Shown here: positions 56,388-58,838 of the stretch, in pieces
How positions within the stretch are numbered: the first letter of the stretch is position 1
How the letters are laid out: each line of letters starts with the position of its first letter
Notes under the pieces: model-generated
Databases searched by the model: none
What the model was told of the DNA's origin: nothing
Seen by the model: only the letters and a program-made list of their open reading frames with translations
Program-made: the position numbers and the translations under genes
Assembly: GCA_964516495.1 (NCBI GenBank)
Contig: CAZEZF010000006.1
Coordinates: forward strand, 1 to 58,838
Origin: an uncultured Acidimicrobiia bacterium
GTDB lineage: Bacteria; Actinomycetota; Acidimicrobiia; Spongiisociales; Spongiisociaceae
DNA: 58,838 nt
Direction of reading: 5' to 3'

Positions 56388-57554
56388 ATGGCTGAAGGCA
56401 AACTAACCCACATTTCCTCCCCCGAGGAGCGAGAAAGACGTCACCGGGTCTTGCGCGAGGCTATGGCCGGCGCCGGTATTGATGCGTTGGTCATCTGTAG
56501 CCGAGGCGACGAGTTCGTACGGGGTCGGGTCCAGTATGTGAGCGACATCTTCCAGTGGGCCGGGTGGGGCATGGTCGTCCTGCCGCAGACAGGTGAGCCC
56601 ACCTTCATCGGTGATCCTCTCTGGGGCCTGTCACGGGTGGCTCTGGTCAACTGGATCCAGGATTATCGCGCCACCCAGACCCCGGATGTGGAGATCGCCG
56701 GCATCCTCTCCGATCACGGTATCTCCAACGGGACGATCGGTATCGTGGGCTTGGCGGACATCACTTCCGCCGCTCACTACATGGGCTTCCAGAACACATT
56801 CGGGAAGACCGCCACCCTCGTGGACGCCACCGACCTGTTCGACGACATCAAGTCCATCAAGAGCCCTGAGGAGTTGGACAACCTGCGCGAGACATCACGG
56901 ATTATGCGGGTGGTTTTCGATGCGCTGGAAGGCCATATCAGGCCGGGGGCGATCGAGCGGGATGTGCTAGCCGAGGCGCACCGACTGGTTCGCCAGCACG
57001 GGTGTCTTGACGGCATCGCCCAGATGAGCCGCCAGCCGTACCGCGCCTACACGTTCGGAATGGACGCGGAGATAGAACGAGACGACGTTCTGTGTATCGA
57101 TCTCGAATGGGGCGGCCCTTCCGGTTACTGGGTTGAGGTGCGTCGCACCTATTGTTTCGGCAGGCCTTCCGACCAGATACTCAAGTACTGGGATACGAGG
57201 ATCGAAACCTTGGATGCTTGCATCGAGGCGATGAAGACCGGCCAGTCTTCCGAGGATGTGATCGCCGCCCGAAACCGGGTGCATCGTAAGTACGGGCAGG
57301 GTGGCGAGGAATCGGTCGCCTATACCGCCCACGGCATCGGCTTGGATTCGCACGAGCCGCCTTGGGTTCCGGGCAAGGAGCGGATCATGCAGACCGATAT
57401 GGTTATCAACCTGCATCCTCAGATCACCTTCGAGGACCCTGCCGAGGCTCTGGCGGTAGGAGGAATCTGCGTTTCCGACAACATCCGGGTTACTCCCGAC
57501 GGCGGAGAACGACTCACCTACGAAGAAGACATCCTGGTAGATCTGGATGCATAG
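56388..57554 (+). CDS. M24 family (creatinase/Xaa-Pro peptidase fold) hydrolase, non-canonical metal site
   Basis: Paralogue of 45426-46589; the block LREAMAGAG-D-A-VICSRGDEFVRGRVQYVSDIFQWAG is near-identical. Also CIDLEWGGPSGYWVEVRR, AHGIGLDSHEPP, MVINLHPQ, GICVSDN. Confidence 0.8.
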   Translation: MAEGKLTHISSPEERERRHRVLREAMAGAGIDALVICSRGDEFVRGRVQYVSDIFQWAGWGMVVLPQTGEPTFIGDPLWGLSRVALVNWIQDYRATQTPDVEIAGILSDHGISNGTIGIVGLADITSAAHYMGFQNTFGKTATLVDATDLFDDIKSIKSPEELDNLRETSRIMRVVFDALEGHIRPGAIERDVLAEAHRLVRQHGCLDGIAQMSRQPYRAYTFGMDAEIERDDVLCIDLEWGGPSGYWVEVRRTYCFGRPSDQILKYWDTRIETLDACIEAMKTGQSSEDVIAARNRVHRKYGQGGEESVAYTAHGIGLDSHEPPWVPGKERIMQTDMVINLHPQITFEDPAEALAVGGICVSDNIRVTPDGGERLTYEEDILVDLDA

Positions 57555-58638
57555 CCGCGCCGCGCTGGTGATGGCGCCGGGGAGGGTTGAGGTCACCGAC
57601 ATCGACATCAGCCCTCCCCGGGAGGGCGAGGTGCTGCTGAGAATGGAAGCGGCCGGGGTCTGCCGCACCGACTACAAGGTTTCCAAGGGGCTGCAATCCA
57701 CGAGGACGCCTAGATATCCCATGCTGCTGGGTCATGAAGGCGCCGGGGTGGTGGAGCAGGTGGGTCGCGGAGTGAACCATCTCAAGGAAGGGGACCGGGT
57801 GGCGGTAGGTTGCCGTGTCCCGTGCGGCGCCTGCGTGATGTGCCGGCGCAACGATCCCCGGCGGTGTAACTCCTCTGCGCCACGCGCTCCGATCGTCTCG
57901 ATTTCGTCCGACGGTTCCCAGGTTGAGGTACCGATCGGCTTGGGGATGTACGCGGAGCGAATCGGAGTCGACGCCGGGGCCGTTTTCAAAGTCAGCGACG
58001 CCATGCCCATGACATCCGCCGCGCTTCTAGGCTGTGCGGTCATGACCGGAACCGGCGCCGTGTTCTACACCGCCAAGGTCTGGCCGGGCGCTACCACCGC
58101 GGTAATCGGTTGCGGTGGAATCGGTCTCTCGACGGTGCAGGGCGCTCGTATGGCCAACGCTTCCAAGGTCATTGCGGTTGATATTTCCGACCGCAAACTC
58201 CGATGGGCGATGGAGATGGGCGCCACCCATACGGTCAACTCGTCGGAGCAGAACCCGGTGGAGGCGGTGCGAGCCATAACCGGCGGCTACGGGGTGGATT
58301 TCTCGTTCGAAGCGGTCGGGATGGGCGCCACCGTAGAACAGGCCCTCCGGATGCTGTCATACGGCGGCGTGGCGACCATGATCGGGGTGCCCCCTGCCGG
58401 GTCGGTAGCCGACCTCGATCCTGTAGCGTTTTTCCGCAACACGTCGACTTTGATGACGACCCACGGAGGGGAGGGAATACCGGCCCAGGACTTTCCGGTG
58501 CTGGATTCCCTCTACCAATCGGGCAGCCTCGACCTCGACTCCATGGTCACCCATACCATCCCGCTTTCCGACATGGAGAAAGGCTTTGAGAACCTGGAGA
58601 CCGGTTCGGCTCTCCGAACGGTTGTCGTACCCGACTGA
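57547..58638 (+). CDS. Zinc-dependent alcohol dehydrogenase family protein
   Basis: GVCRTDY, GHEGAGVVEQVG, CGACVMCRRNDPRRC, and VIGCGGIGLS. Overlaps the M24 gene by 8 nt. Confidence 0.88.
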   Translation: MHSRAALVMAPGRVEVTDIDISPPREGEVLLRMEAAGVCRTDYKVSKGLQSTRTPRYPMLLGHEGAGVVEQVGRGVNHLKEGDRVAVGCRVPCGACVMCRRNDPRRCNSSAPRAPIVSISSDGSQVEVPIGLGMYAERIGVDAGAVFKVSDAMPMTSAALLGCAVMTGTGAVFYTAKVWPGATTAVIGCGGIGLSTVQGARMANASKVIAVDISDRKLRWAMEMGATHTVNSSEQNPVEAVRAITGGYGVDFSFEAVGMGATVEQALRMLSYGGVATMIGVPPAGSVADLDPVAFFRNTSTLMTTHGGEGIPAQDFPVLDSLYQSGSLDLDSMVTHTIPLSDMEKGFENLETGSALRTVVVPD

Positions 58639-58694
58639 CCTCGCTGATCTGCTAGCCGGCGCCGGTCATCTGAACTCAAGGTCGAGTCGCTTTA

Positions 58695-58838
58695 ACCCGG
58701 ATTCTTCATGCCCCGGACACACCGAACCTGAAAAGGCCATGTCAAGTCCACTTTCACGGGGCGTCCCGGCGTTCACCTTCGGGTGAAAGGTAATACCCCG
58801 GCCAGTAGAGGCCACCAAACAGCTATCGTCCCAGGTCA
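58695..58838 (-). mobile_element. MITE-like element family 1, copy C9 (3-prime about 144 nt, cut by window end)
   Basis: The reverse complement is near-identical to positions ~60-203 of the copies at 29583 and 38852 (TGACCTGGGACGATAGCTGTTTGGTGGCCTCTACTGG...GGGGCATGAAGAATCCGGGT|TA). Confidence 0.88.

Noticed and set aside
1-58838. CRISPR array, tRNA, rRNA, integrase or transposase.
   Set aside because: The repeated elements are ~200 bp, irregularly spaced (1-17 kb) and in both orientations, so they are not CRISPR repeats. I found no tRNA-like T-arm or acceptor pattern in the intergenic regions, and no ORF with integrase or DDE transposase motifs.

Overview
GC-rich bacterial chromosomal segment. 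I saw no rRNA, tRNA, CRISPR array, integrase, transposase or recognisable transcription factor. Both window ends fall inside copies of the same repeat, so this is probably a whole contig broken at repeats.

Gene content:
- 278-10444: a translationally coupled recC-recB-recD operon. Its fourth cistron is an unusual membrane acyltransferase-3 protein with inserted ankyrin repeats.
- 11-28 kb: a RidA protein, an ADP-ribosylglycohydrolase, a Zn-alcohol dehydrogenase, an NMT1-type ABC importer with an amidohydrolase, and a xanthine-dehydrogenase-family molybdoenzyme cluster. That cluster has one FAD subunit, one 2Fe-2S subunit and three large subunits; a fourth large subunit lies at 34.3-36.7 kb.
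- 28.7-29.5 kb: a HEPN/nucleotidyltransferase toxin-antitoxin pair.
- 29.8-44.1 kb: hydrolases and oxidoreductases (M20D, luciferase-like, hydantoinase-like, cyclase, nitrilase-family, bicupin, AhpD-like) plus a second, split NMT1-type ABC system.
- 44.2-45.2 kb: a fused nucleotidyltransferase-HEPN protein.
- 45.4-58.6 kb: a plus-strand run of about 12 genes. It is rich in amidohydrolases and contains two non-canonical M24 (creatinase-like) paralogues.

The strongest non-genic signal is a family of ~200-bp inverted-repeat elements flanked by TA. There are nine copies (two cut by the window ends, one a 5-prime fragment), all intergenic. A second, shorter inverted-repeat element sits directly beside the first family at two loci. 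Three decayed genes were found: an SDR remnant, an ACMSD-like remnant and a frameshifted luciferase-like oxidoreductase.

All calls come from reading the supplied translations and the DNA by eye. No database search was run.
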